Positions 41,311-54,599 of a stretch of DNA of 64,000 nt are shown here, piece by piece. Each line of letters opens with the position of its first letter. Positions within the stretch are counted from its first letter, which is position 1. The notes under the pieces are model-generated. The model saw only the letters and a list, made by a program, of their open reading frames with translations, had not been told where the DNA came from and did not search any database. The stretch covers positions 62,001 to 126,000 of the forward strand of contig JBJCIZ010000028.1 of assembly GCA_051294375.1 (NCBI GenBank), read 5' to 3'. Source of the DNA: Paraspadella gotoi. Taxonomy: Eukaryota > Animalia > Chaetognatha. A program made the position numbers and the translations under genes.

Positions 41311-42254
41311 GTGAGGGGGAAGGATGGAGAAGAGTGGGGGAGTTAGGGCGGAGTGTGAGGAAATAGTAAACTGGGTTGGAATTGAAAGTTTATTATTTAT
41401 TTTATTTTATTATTTATAACGACGATAATTTTATTATTCGTCGTGGTTATATATTATATTTTTTAATCTCAAAGGGAATAAAAGAAAGAATTAGAATAAT
41501 GGCATTAATGTTTAATATTTAAAAAATAAAATTAAAGTCTCATAAAATATTATCCAGTAAGCCATATTCAAAGTATGATATAAATTAGGCCTGAATTTTT
41601 AATTAAAATTATAATTCATTTTTAAAAAATATATTCTTTAATTTTGTCAGAAAGGTTAAATTTATATTTAATATTTGTATTTTAGATTTTACAAATAAAT
41701 ATTATAAACATTAACTAAAAAAAAATAAATTTAGGGCGTTGATTCCGAACATTCACTTCGCCCTAGCGTGAGTATTATCAGATCGACGGTTTCGTGGTAA
41801 TTTATGAAAGAATTAGTGCTATTGTGAAATTGCAACATCGGCGTAAAGAATTTCACGCCTTTCTCCGAATATCTGGGCGTGAGGAGGAAAAAAAAACTAT
41901 CTTTTTTCATTGTGTTTGGTTATTCGATATCACGATTTTAAATCGTTAATATTATCTCTATCAATTATTCTTATCAGTTAAAAAGCTTTTTCTCTCGCTC
42001 CGACCGATTCTGATAATTTGAAAAGAAGAAGATTAAATATATTTTTTTTTTATTGCGTCATTATTTTTTATCTAAACTTTGCTATTTTAGTCTTTCTGCT
42101 TTTTTATAAACAGTTTTCATCGTTCGATAGCGAAACGTCGGAACAGTGAAGGTTCCAAAACTGTGAAGGTTCCAAAACTGTAAATAGAATTCCCCTTTTG
42201 AATTGTAGTACAAAAAAGTAAAGTTAATTGGAATTATTCAGATTTCAGGAAGCA

Positions 42255-42285
<31 letters not shown>

Positions 42286-42292
42286 AATAACA

Positions 42293-42297
<5 letters not shown>

Positions 42298-42391
<94 letters not shown>

Positions 42392-42392
42392 T
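42298..42392. repeat. (AAT)n microsatellite
   Basis: Direct reading. Confidence 0.98.
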
Positions 42393-42732
42393 TAACGTTA
42401 ATAATAACGATTAATAATTTAAATTAATAATTTAAATAAATACCATACTCTCGGTTTGAACTCAAACAACAAGTCGAAGCAACTTACACTTGTTGTTCCA
42501 CTCAATGCGAAACTCGGTTCTTCCAAATTCTTTCAAAATGACGAAACCTGATTGGTCGAATCCAAACCGGATTTGATTGGTCGACCTCGGGATTTTGCGT
42601 TCGATCGAAATTTGGAGCCAATTTGGTTTAATTCTCTCTATTTTTATTCGATGTGCAACGGAACGAAAATCTCAAAATAAAAGTTTTCAAATTTTTCGAT
42701 TGACCTCATGACTCTGAGTCATCTTTAAAGGC

Positions 42733-42859
<127 letters not shown>

Positions 42860-43220
42860 TAAAACAGTCAGAAAATCTTTTTTAATATTTTCTGCCACTG
42901 AAGATGACTAAAAGACATATACATGTCGAAATTTCTAACTATTAAATTATTTTATCTTACCTCTATTATGTAAATAATAAAATAAAGCATTATCATCATG
43001 ACTTTGCGATGACGTTAAATTATTATTTAAAAGAAACTTGCTCATGCTTGAAACCTATTAATCATTTAATTCGATTATTCTAGACGTCGACCAACGCGGT
43101 TTTTTTTTTTTTTTTTGTGAATATTGCTCATAATTTAGTTTTTGAAATAATTTGGTTTTAATTGAAGTTCTTAGACTTAGTAGCAATTGGGAACTATTAA
43201 CATCACTGGATAGAGAGAGA

Positions 43221-43286
<66 letters not shown>

Positions 43287-43684
43287 CAAGCTGGTTAAGC
43301 CACTATTGATGTTTCACTTCTACAGTTTTTTTTCGTTCACTCTTCGTCAAAACTATCAGCTGTTCTCTTGTCCCGAGAGACAAAAAGAAAAGAAAACAAA
43401 ATAAAATCAAAGAAACAAAACAAAACCGCAAAAACAAAACAAAACCACAAAACATAAAAAAACCACAGGAACAACACTAAAAACTGAACAAAAACAAAAC
43501 AAAATCAAACAACAAAAACAAAACAAAAAACTACAACAAAACAAAACAGAACAAAAACAAAACAAAACCTACAAAACCAAAAACAATCCGCAAAACAAAA
43601 CTAAACCACTATAACAAAACGAAAACAAAACAAAATTCCAAAAACAAAACATCAAAAAAATCAACACCAAAAACCAAAACAACA

Positions 43685-46600
43685 ATGGCGACTCCTATAG
43701 ACGTGGGTCCAGAATCAATGGAAACTAAACCACAACAACAACCAAATAGCGACAACCGTAGGGCAGACATCGACGTGATTCGAATTCTACTCACTTGGGG
43801 AATTCTTTTGTTTCACACGGTTTTGATTTACACGCCGACCGGATATTACATTCACGATCCTTTCACAGAATACACGGGATGGCAGGTAAGTGAGATTTAT
43901 TTTAAATGGGTTCAGAGGCTCAAGGGTTTATGGGTCAAGGGGGTACGTAGGTAGGGCACAGTTTTCAAACAAGCCCCGTAATTGTTTCTAATTCGTGAGG
44001 ATAATTTTTTAACTTTAATCTATTGTACCAAATGCTTTTAACCAAATGCGTAATCTTAATCCGAATGGTGCACTAAAATCCACCAACCGTTCATCAGCGG
44101 CTATTGGTGCAAGAGGCAAGTCATTCGCTTCCCTAAGCCAAAGGTCCGCGGTTCTAGCCCAGTGGTCGAGTCGTTTAACCCGCTTGTAATACGTTATAGC
44201 TTGATCCGAAGCTCAGTGACTGCCTATATTGAACGGTTCTGTCATTAACTCATAACAATTATAATTGTGTTTTTATTGGTGAGCTCCACTTTCGAACATA
44301 ATAGTTATAACAATATTTTCAGGCGACCTCCCTCAATTGTCAACAAACTTTCCGCCAACGATTTTAGTCCACCATATCCGTAACTATTAATGTTAATATA
44401 ATGTTAATTCCTAACTCTAATATCTAACTGTATTTTTCTACCTAATACTTATAATTAACCCTTAACCTGATTTTCAGATCTTAAAAACTAACTTACTTCT
44501 GAATTAAAAGCTAAAAAAGGTTCTTTTGGAATATGGTTAAATATGAAAGGAAAAAAAAAAATTGTTATTTTAATTTTTTAAACTTCAATTTTAAAAATTT
44601 TTTCTCATTTTTGTTAGAGATCTTTAAAGTAAAAAAAATTATTAATCTTTCCCCTCCACGTTCCGATTTACCCTCTTACTCCCCCCCAAAACCCTCCTTC
44701 CCGACCCCCTCGCTCCAAAAAGGCCGCCCTCGGTTTTCATCTTTACATGGAAGCGTGGAACATGCCCACGTTCTTTCTTTCCTCTCCGGCATCAGCGTCC
44801 TTCTTCGCCCTCAAGCGGCGAGACGAGAAACAATTCCGCTTGGAGCGCTTTCATCGACTCTTAATTCCCGCCCTGGTCATCATGGCCGTCACTCAGTTCC
44901 CGATCGCTCTGACCTATTTCGCGAATATGTCCGTTCCCTGTTTTTATTTATCAGATCGGTGTCAACCCTAACAGGACCTTCTGCTTCGATTGGGTTCGTC
45001 CTGTGGATTAATCAATCTTTCGGCACTTTCGTTCGACAGAATGTGGGGGAGCCACCGGGGGCGCCAATACGCATCAAGGGATGGTTCCTTGTTTACCTAT
45101 TCGTTTTTCGCAGGTGGAATTTTTTTTTATGTATATTATGTATATTATGTATATTATGTGTATGCATTATGTATATTATGTATATTATGTATATTTTGAT
45201 TTGAGTCAACTATGATATTATTAAAACGATATGGAATAAGTGCTTTCTGCTATGTAGTAATTTTAAATGGCTGTCAGTGGTTAAAAGATAAATGAGCTTC
45301 TTATTTAGTAGTTTTACGTGATTCGGTAAACAGAAAAAATTATTTTTAAATGCTATTGGATAATTTTAAAAAATTATAAGTTTTAAATAAGTTTTTAATG
45401 TTTTACAAAATGTTAAAATTAGTTTTAAATTAATCTTAAATTAAATTTAAATTAAACTTTAGTTAAAATTAAATTAATCTCCAATTAATCTTAAATTAAA
45501 CGTAAATCAAACTTAAATTAATCTTAAATTAAACTTAAATTAAACTTAAATTAAACTTAAAATAATCTTAAATTAAACTCTATGGAAGAAGAAAACCAAT
45601 TGAAAGAAATAAATTAAATGCTGATATAAAATTAAAAAAGAACAAACTGTATAATTTCCACGCAAAAGTAAATCGCTTTTGAAACCGTCTCCAGATATTG
45701 GCGAGTCTGTTCTACTTGTGGCATCCAGCGTCGGCGAACGTGGATCGGACCTGCGGCTGCTGCTGCGGCGGATCCCACCGCCGCTTCCTCTGCTTCTTCG
45801 GACGCCGCGCTCCGACGCCGGAAGCCTTCGCCGACGCCGTCTGGTGGTTTCTCGGCAGCGGCGTCAAATTAGCGTTGGTTCCCGGCGTCGTCATAGCGGT
45901 CGTAGAGGTATACAGCGTTTTGATTTTAATTATTATTATTAATGATTATATATTGATATCATTTCCGAGAAAAGTTTGAAAATTTTAATTCAACAACCAA
46001 TTTAGTTTCGGCTTTTGTTCAAGCCTTCATCAGCGTTATTTGATTTTTTTTTCCAGGGTGGCAATTGGTAAATAATACCTGTACTAAATATATATAAGCA
46101 CGTATTGTAGAGTTTGACTTTATTAAGTTTTATCTAATCTACAACTAGGCGCCTAAACAATGATTTAAAATACTAATTTCTCATTCGATTTTCCATTCCC
46201 CAAGATTTCCCTCCGTCAATTCTTCCCCAACGGGCGATTCCACTTCTTCTCATTCGGGCAAGACGTCTGCAACGACCTCAACTTTGCCTTCGTCTATCTG
46301 CTCGGATTCGCCATCGCTTCCGTCGACGACCGTCTGAGTCCCATCCTCAAAAGATTCTCTTGGATTTATTTCGTAATTGGAAACGTACTGTGCGTCGCTA
46401 ACGCGGCCATCTTGACGTTTGTCATCGAAGCCATTTCCGAGAAAAGAGGGATAGGGTTGCCGCAGGTTGTCTACGACACGGTCATCAGAGGAACTCTGAG
46501 AGGATTCGGAGAATGGATTCTCATTTTGGGAATTGTCGGAGTTTGCAGAAGGTGAAACACCTTTTACATTCGTATATAGATTTAAAATTTGAAAAAAAAT

Positions 46601-47236
46601 TATCATTAATTTTTTAAAAATATTATGCTGTGAGTCGATAGGCTACTGAACTTTTAGAAAGTCTCGATTGAAAGCTTGTAAGCTTGTAAGAGTGATGGAG
46701 GCCTTAACTTACCATAGCCTGTCCTATTTATTAAATGAATGGATACTTTTTACATCTTTTCAACATCAGAAACACTAAGACATTACCAAAGATTACCAAA
46801 CATCTTATAAGTAATATTAACCGAGTAGATATCATTACGACGCACTGTAACGATTTATTCACAATCTAAAATCACTTTTTTTCCCCCCACCTCAAGACAC
46901 ATCACGACATACCGCGACATTCTTACGACGCTCTGCAAAATCGCGATGCCATTTTACGTCACTCATCAGCAAATCTTAGTCGCCATCGCGGTCGGAACGC
47001 TCCGCGTCGCCGTTCTCAAGGAGTTTCCCTTTCTGCTCCTCTTCTCAACTCTGGCTACTGGAGCGGTCTCCTTCGCCATCACCAAGTCGGGGTCATTCGG
47101 TTATTTTTTCGGGCTGAAGACGCCCAACGGGTCGTGGCTGCCGGGGGAGAAATGGTTCGGTCTGATTCCGGGAATCGTCTTGTCGCTCGTTTTGGTGGCG
47201 GAAGTTACGATAGCCTCCGTTTTTAAATTAAATTGA
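43685..47236 (+). CDS. Acyltransferase family 3 (OpgC/MdoC-like) membrane protein; exons 43685-43885, 44723-45113, 45695-45907, 46205-46551, 46897-47236
   Basis: Motifs RRADIDVIRILLTWGILLFH, WNMPTFF(FLSG), ERFHRLLIP, GWFLVYLF, MPFYVTHQ; GT-AG introns in phases 0,0,0,2; exon 2 carries several 1-nt indels (three insertions at ~44775-44800 restore the frame). Confidence 0.85.
44061..44380 (+). mobile_element. tRNA-derived repeat enclosed by ~20-bp terminal inverted repeats (MITE-like), in acyltransferase intron 1
   Basis: Left ccgaatggtgcactaaaatc (44061-44080), right gattttagtccaccatatccg (44360-44380); tRNA-like head from 44097; homologous to 4755-4985. Confidence 0.6.
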
Positions 47237-48356
47237 TTTCATTTTTTTTGGGGGGGGAGTGGGATTCAGATGCTGTAGAAAGTCTGTGTGTCAGTTTGTT
47301 TAATACTAAACTTTTGGTTGTCGTTTGGAGTATATAAATGAATTTGAAAATGCACTTAGTGAAATAATATTTTTTTAATTAAAAAAATAATATATTTTGA
47401 TTAATAACTTTTTAACCAAAAGTTGGAGAAAGTTGGGAGTGGTCTTAAATTAAAGCTCTCGGTTTACTGATATCGTTTGATATATAGATGTTTGAATTGA
47501 GTCTATATTTTGCAAAAATATTTTTTTTTAAAAATGAGTTTGGAAATATTTTTCGACTAAGCCTAATCTCTTGATCCTGACAGCAACCATTTCGATTTTC
47601 TTTGTCCTCCTATAAAAATAACCGTGATTGCACATGGTCCAATACTTTTGAATGGTAATTCCATGTTATTCAACGTGTGAAATCTTTAAACTTTATGGCA
47701 AATAAATATTACAAATACATATGCGATTTAAATAGTATATAATATAATGTATGTCGCCTTAATAACATTGGATAATCTTCATGAACCAGACATGTTCATA
47801 TAGCCAGAGCTGCTCTATCGCATTGTTTATATTTGATATTAATTTCAATAATATACCCTAGAAAATTCTGTATATATTGGATCTCAAAACTAATAATCCG
47901 CTTTAGACCGCAAGCTTTAGTTATTCTATTATATTCTAAAGGCCATAGCTTGATCGCTCTATATCTTCAACAGATTTTTCAGAGAGTTAATAATTTTCCG
48001 GAACAGAAAGTCCAGATGGTCTCTGGCATCCTGACTCAAAAAAGCTATTTTCCAAGACTTTTGTTTACTCGCCTCGTTTTTTCACCTAATTTGCATTTAA
48101 GAATTGAGAGTTTTAAAAAGCGACTAATTTATTTCAGAAACTGTTATTTTGATAATATATTTTCTACTTATTGGTATGAAAATATAAATTTCACTATTTA
48201 AATAAATATAATTTTTTTTTTATTTCAAAATTCTTTGAAGAAAAATTTTCTTTTTAGAGAGTTATTTAAAATTGTTTTTATACGTAAGATGAAAATACTT
48301 TTTATGACTTTAGATTCGTACGTTGTCTAATATTAAATTTTTTTTCCCCTGTCGGC

Positions 48357-48520
48357 ATACTTACCTGGCTCAGGGGATACCTTGATCAGCAAGGAGGTTC
48401 CCCCAGGGCGAGGCCCTTCCATTGCACTACGGTTGGGCTGACCCTTGCGATTTCCCCAAATGTGGGAAACTCGGGAGCATAATTTGTGACAGTGGGGTCT
48501 GCGTACGCGCTAACCCCTTA
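48357..48520 (+). ncRNA. U1: U1 spliceosomal snRNA
   Basis: 5' ATACTTACCTGG, U1A loop ATTGCACT, stem-loop III tttccccaaatgtgggaaa, Sm site AATTTGTG, stem-loop IV gggg...gcgTACGcgc...cccc; length ~164 nt. Confidence 0.97.
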
Positions 48521-48889
48521 TTAGAGAAGGTACAGTGAAAATTAATCTTAATGCTTGGTATGGTCCGTAATTTTTTAGTTGACAGGTTTTGCAGTTTCTA
48601 TTATAATTACTAAATTAAAATGACATTTTTTCGCGTTACGAACCCAATTTTCTTTTCTAACTCTAAAAATACCAGATTCTATCCAGTTAAAAACAAATGA
48701 ATAATTTATTAGTTTCTCTCACTATTAAATAAGAAGCTATTATTGATTTTTAAAAAATCTGCTCGGCCTTTTTGTTCCCATCCGCCTCCACCTTTTTCTT
48801 CTTCTTCCCATTTTCCAGCCAACTACTTTTTCAATCTTCCCATCGACGTTTCCCATCCGCTCCCGAATTGTCGTCGATCCTACAAACTC

Positions 48890-49850
48890 TCAGACTCGTC
48901 CGACTGGGGGTGTGCCAAGTGTGCAGACCTTGGTGTGCGGAAACTTGCGACGTCCCCCATACTGGCACGGCATGCGCGAGCAGCAATCATCTTCGTGAAT
49001 GCATATTTCGTTGAGCTTCTGGCAGGGGAGCACGTATCCGGCGCGTGGTTTGATTTTCGTCTTGCCTTCGACTCCTCTCGAGGTTTCGAAACCTTTGGCA
49101 AAACTGACGGCGGAGTCCGGCATGGTTCTCACCTGATTATTCGACACAGAATTTTAATTTAACATTATATTAAAATTTTTGTAAAATTACTCGTTTCACT
49201 ATTTTCTATTTTTATATTTTATAAAGGTATAATACTATTTAATATATATTGTTTTATTATTTATATATATCTATTTATTTTTACAAAGTTTTTACTTATC
49301 ATAATCATTAATAATAATAATAATAATAATTATTAATTAATAATAATTCATTTTGCCTTCCGAAAATATAGGGATTAACATGTTTTTTTTAAAAACCTAT
49401 AATCCAATCACTATAATTTTTAAACCCTAATCCCAAAACCTAATCAAATCCTAATCTAATCCTAAACCTTAACCCTATAATCCTTATCCCTAATTATCAT
49501 TCCTGTTCCACCTGACATTACTTATTACATACATTACTAACTTACCTTTCCCGCCAGTCTGGCATCGATCTTAAATCTCAAATTTCAAATCATATATCAT
49601 AAATCTTAAATCATAAATCTTAAATCTCAAAACTCAAATGTGAAATCTTAAATCATAAATAATAAATTTTCAATCTCAAATCTCAAAACTCAAATCATAA
49701 ATCTCATATCATCAATCATAAATCTCAAATCATGAATCATAAATCACAAATCATAAATCTCAAATCTCAAATCTAACTTACCTTTGTCCCTATTGTCCCT
49801 TTTGCATCGACGAAGACGACGGCCAAAAACAAAACCAATAAAATCCTCAT
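48890..49850 (-). CDS. Secreted inhibitor-cystine-knot (knottin, toxin-like) prepropeptide, 111 aa; exons 49782-49850, 49546-49569, 48890-49132
   Basis: Two gtaagt donors, both introns phase 0; MRILLVLFLAVVFVDA signal, propeptide ending KIKPR, then AGYVLPCQKLNEICIHEDDCCSRMPCQYGGRRKFPHTKVCTLGTPPVGRV with a C-C-CC-C-C framework. Confidence 0.85.
49570..49775. repeat. 7-bp tandem repeat (aaatctc/aaatcat) filling knottin intron 1
   Basis: Direct reading. Confidence 0.85.
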
Positions 49851-51345
49851 TTTATTTTGGTTGTTTTTTTTTTTATTTTCTTCTTTTCGATAAAAAGATT
49901 TTTTTTTTTTTTAAGTGTCGGATTCGATAAAGTGAGGCGTAGAGCCTAAGCGAGAAAACGAAGTCGTTTGTTTACTAAGAAAACGCGAGCAGACAACAGT
50001 TATCATTGGAACGATAGATTATGAGCCAATCGAAAAATCTAAAGAGAAGGAAAAAAAATTGTCCGATCGGGAGAAAACGAGTGTACTGTAGCGATAATCT
50101 AACGTAAAGTTAATCCTTTTTCTCGATATTTATATAGCGTTTTATATATGTTGAATTGTAAACTGAACAATTTATGCGTTTATCTGTAATGCTGTATGCC
50201 CTTTTGAATGTACTGTTTCAACTAATTGTTGTAAACGAATAAAACACATATATATATTGTGTTGAACATTATTGTCATTACGTATTTTCTCATCTTTCCC
50301 GGGGGACGTAGCGTCGCCTTGCCCTCCCTCTGTACCTCTGTATTTCCCTATTGTCTATTTCTCATTGTTATCAACTTATCATGTTGAAGGAAAATCACAG
50401 TTCAGTCTCACGTGAAAATCTGATACGGTTTAGCCTAAAGTTGAAAAGTCTTTTTTAGTCGAGAGAGAGAGAGAAAAAAACATTAGGGTTACTTAGTTCG
50501 TGTTTTTGTCTGTTTTGTCTGTTTTTCTGTTCTTCCTTAGTTTGTTTTTATATCGGTTTTTTCTGTTTTTGTCTGTTTTTTTGTTTGTTTTTTTGCTTTT
50601 TATTGTCCAGAGACAAACTTCGTTTTGCGTTTGGGAATTCGGCAGCTGAAAAAAGATGAGACGTGAAAGAATATAGTAAAAAAAAATTGATAAAATTATT
50701 GAAAAAAAAATTGCCATTGGGCATAAAGCTTTTGAGAATAACTTTTAAAAAAATTAAATAAAGAAAGAATAATTGAATGAAAAGTAAAATTGAATATAAT
50801 AAAATTAATTTTAAAAAATGAAGAAAAAAAGTGAAATGAAAAAAGAAGAGAAGAAAAGAAAAAAAAAGAAAAGAAAAGAAATGAAAGGAAAAGAAAAAAA
50901 GAAAAGAAAATAAAAGAAAAGAAAAGAAAAGAGAAAAGAAAAGACAAAGAGAGAAAAGAAAAGAAAAGAAAAGAAAAGAAAAGAAAAGAAAAGAAAAGAA
51001 AAGAAAAGAAAAGAAAAGAAAAGAAATGAAAATCGAAAAGGCTATAAATAAAAACGGGACGAGACGTCGCCATTTCCGGTTCGAAGATCCGAGTTCAGGG
51101 TTGTTGTTGTTGTCGTTGTTGTGGATGTTGTTGTCGTTGTCGACGTGAAGGCTTTTTTTTTTACAGGAGAAACATTCTTAGAACATTACCAAATGAGATT
51201 TCGGAGAGAGAGAGGAAATAGGAAAGAAAAAAAGGAAAGGAAGAAGAAAGGAAGAAAAAAATGATAAATAAAGGCAAGGAAGAAAAAGAAAAAGAAATAA
51301 GAGTGAGAGATGAGAAAAGAGAGAGAGAGAAAGACGGGAGAGAGA

Positions 51346-51388
<43 letters not shown>

Positions 51389-52075
51389 GAGAGCAAGATA
51401 GATAGAGAGAAAGAGAGAGAGAGAGATAGAGTGAGTGAAAGAAAAACACCCTGGGGATAACTATTTTTTTTCCTGCAAACGAAATCAGGCGGGGAAAACG
51501 ATCGAAAAAATAAATAAAACGTGTCACCGACAACAGGAGTTAGAAAGATGGAGAGAAGAGAGAGAGAGAGAGAGAGAGACGAGAGAGAGAGAGAGAGAGA
51601 GAAGGGATGAGAGAAATAGAGAAAATAATGAAGAAGAAAAAAGAGAAGATGAAAGGAAGAAAAAAATGAATAAAGGAAGGAAGAAAGATAGAGATAAAAG
51701 TGAGAGAGAGAAAAAGAGAGGAGAGAAGAAGAGAGAACGAAATCAGGGGGGAGCGGGAAAACAGAATCGAAAAAATAAATAAAACGTCACCGACAACATG
51801 CGAAGTGTAGAAAAAAGAGGAGAGAAGGAGAGAGAGAGAGAGAGAAGAGAGAGACAGAGAGAGAGAGAAAATAGAGAAAAAAAAAGAAAGGAAGAAAAAA
51901 ATGAATTAAAGGAAGGAAGAAAAAGAAAGAGAATAAGAGTGAAGAGAGAAAAAGAGAAGAGAGGAAAAGAAAGAGAGAACAAAATCAGTGGGGGAAAGGT
52001 GGAAAACGAATTGAAGAAAAAATAAATAAAAACTGTCACCGACAACATGGAGTGTAGGAAAAAAAAGATGGAGAA

Positions 52076-52117
<42 letters not shown>

Positions 52118-52228
52118 AAGAGAAAATAGAGAAAAAAGAAAGAAAGGAAGAAAAAAATGAATAAAGGAAGGAAGAAAAACAAGAAGAGAATAAGAGTGAG
52201 AGAGAGAAAAAAAGAGAGAGAGAAAGAC

Positions 52229-52262
<34 letters not shown>

Positions 52263-52274
52263 AGAGGAGAGAGA

Positions 52275-52305
<31 letters not shown>

Positions 52306-52438
52306 CAGAGAGTGGGGTGGGGTTAAGGATTGACGGGTTTTGCTGGAAAAAAATTATTTACGAGTCATTTTAAAAGGAGTTCGCTTTCCGTGGATAAACA
52401 ACTGGAGGGAAAGGTTGTCTTGGAAAAGTAACTTGTAA

Positions 52439-52522
<84 letters not shown>

Positions 52523-53300
52523 TTCAAAAGCTATGAGATTGAACGAAACTGTATTTATTATGTTAAACCTTGGCGAAACACTAATGAAAACAAATCTGTT
52601 TCAAACTCAAAGGCTTTCAGTTTTTCTCTTCACGACGACGACGACGACGACACGACGACGACGACGACGTGGGGGGGTTTCAATAAAAAGTTTGAATCAA
52701 CTCTTTGGGTGTCGAAACTGTCGATGCTATTATCATCTATAATCATCATCATCGCGCGTGTTTTCCTATAGCGCCCATTCAGCTTAAATTCGCGAATTAA
52801 CTGATTTTAAGATTTAAAGATAGGGATAGGATAATCATTCAGTTAAGATTTAGCTACGTTCAGGGTTAGAAATCAGGTTAGGATTTGTGTTAGAGGTTGG
52901 TTAGAGATTAGTATTTAGGATAAGGGTATTAAGGTTAATTAATTACGTATTATAAATAGGGACATACTCGTAAGGAGAGACTAGTACATTTTAGCTTTGC
53001 TCTGAAATACTTTATTTTTAAAAAAAAAATCACTGCTCCCAAACGGATCAATCCCGATTTTGATAAAAGTTATTTCAAACTCCTCGTATTTTAATTAAAT
53101 TTTAATTTACTTTTAGAAAATCAAACATAAAATCAAAAAATTCAAGCTACAGGTAATTTTTAAAGGCTGATATAAAGTGGCGCGTTTTCTTTTTAACTGA
53201 CTGTAGTCGTTGTCTTATAAAAATTTTCGTCGACGTCGCGTCTCCTCTTCGTTTTAAGGTCGTTCGTCGTCGTCGTCGTCGTCGTGTCGTCGTCGTCTCG

Positions 53301-53337
<37 letters not shown>

Positions 53338-53506
53338 CCCCGTCTGAATTTCTCCAAGTGTCGGGCGTCTCTCCCATTTTTATTCTTTCACTACAACAAC
53401 AATGACAACAATAATAACAACAACATAATCTTCACACCCGACGAGTGAAAAATGACCAGAAATAAGCAATATTGACGGAAAAGAAGACTACAACAACAAT
53501 GTAGAA

Positions 53507-54125
53507 AATGGCGATGCCATTTTCTATTTATTTTCTTTGCCATTTTGTTTTACCATTTCTTTGACCTTTTTGTAGATTGCGCCTTTGCTTTCTTGGAGAT
53601 TACTCTCCCTTTTCTTTCTCTTTACCAGATATATTAGGCCATAGACTTTTAGACCCTTTCTCAGCCCGTCCAAAAACGGCCTTTTACGGAGTCAGGCCAA
53701 CCCCACGTCACGTCAAGTCATACCTTTGTCATGATACCGTTTCACAGAGCCCTTTAGGCCAGGCCTTTGAGCCCCGGAGACTTTACGGCCTCATGCGAGT
53801 GGGCAGTCTAGTGGAGAGACTTGTGCACCACAGACTGACCCTCAGACTTGTGACGGACTCGTGGTCACGTCTTAGACCACACTCTCCGCGACACTCTCGA
53901 CCACCTCGCGGCGCCGGGACCGGCGACCGCGAGCCTTCCCGTCTTCGATACGGCGCTCCGATATTCCCGGGCGCTCGCCCATCGGCGCCGGGCGTCGCCG
54001 CGCCCCTTTCCGACGACGGCTTCGAGGGACGTGGAGGACGGCCGGCTTCAGTACAGCTTCATGACGGGAGAGATGCCGAGGAGGCCTCGACCTACCCTAC
54101 GTTTCGTTGACAAACAATGTCATAA
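53507..54125 (+). other. GC-rich, possibly coding segment (signal-peptide-like start), frame disrupted; inverted copy at ~57060-57727
   Basis: ATG at ~53507 followed by hydrophobic codons and exon-like GC content; the two copies disagree by many indels, so no reliable protein can be read. Confidence 0.3.
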
Positions 54126-54599
54126 TTATTCTTTTCAAAATATTGCAGAATCATGGATAAATCAATTAACTACTAAAGCAATATATAAAATCGTGATGAA
54201 CACAAAAAATAGGCTTAATATTAAAACAGAACATAACCCATAGGGACTTGATATGATTTACTACTATATGAAAATGAGAATTAGGATTNNNNNNNNNNNN
54301 NNNNNNNNNNNNNGTTGTTGTTATTATTGTTGTCATTGTTGTTGTAGTGAAAGAATAAAAATGGGGAGACGCCCGACACTTGGAGAAATTCCAGACGGGG
54401 NNNNNNNNNNNNNNNNNNNNNNNNNGGTTGTTTGTATAGCGGAACCCAAACTAATTGTTGAAAAATTATTGGTCTATTTTGAATTCACTTGGCTTGCATT
54501 TGAAGGACTCGCAAAAAACTAAGAGTTCGAAAACATGTCATTAATAAAACATAAAATTGGCCTATACAACGAATTTTTTCGTCATCTCTCTCTAACTAT

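Noticed and set aside
50493-52742. Many ER/SL/KR/F-rich ORFs here and at other AG, CT, GAAAA and GAC tracts
   Set aside because: Translations of microsatellites with no coding signal
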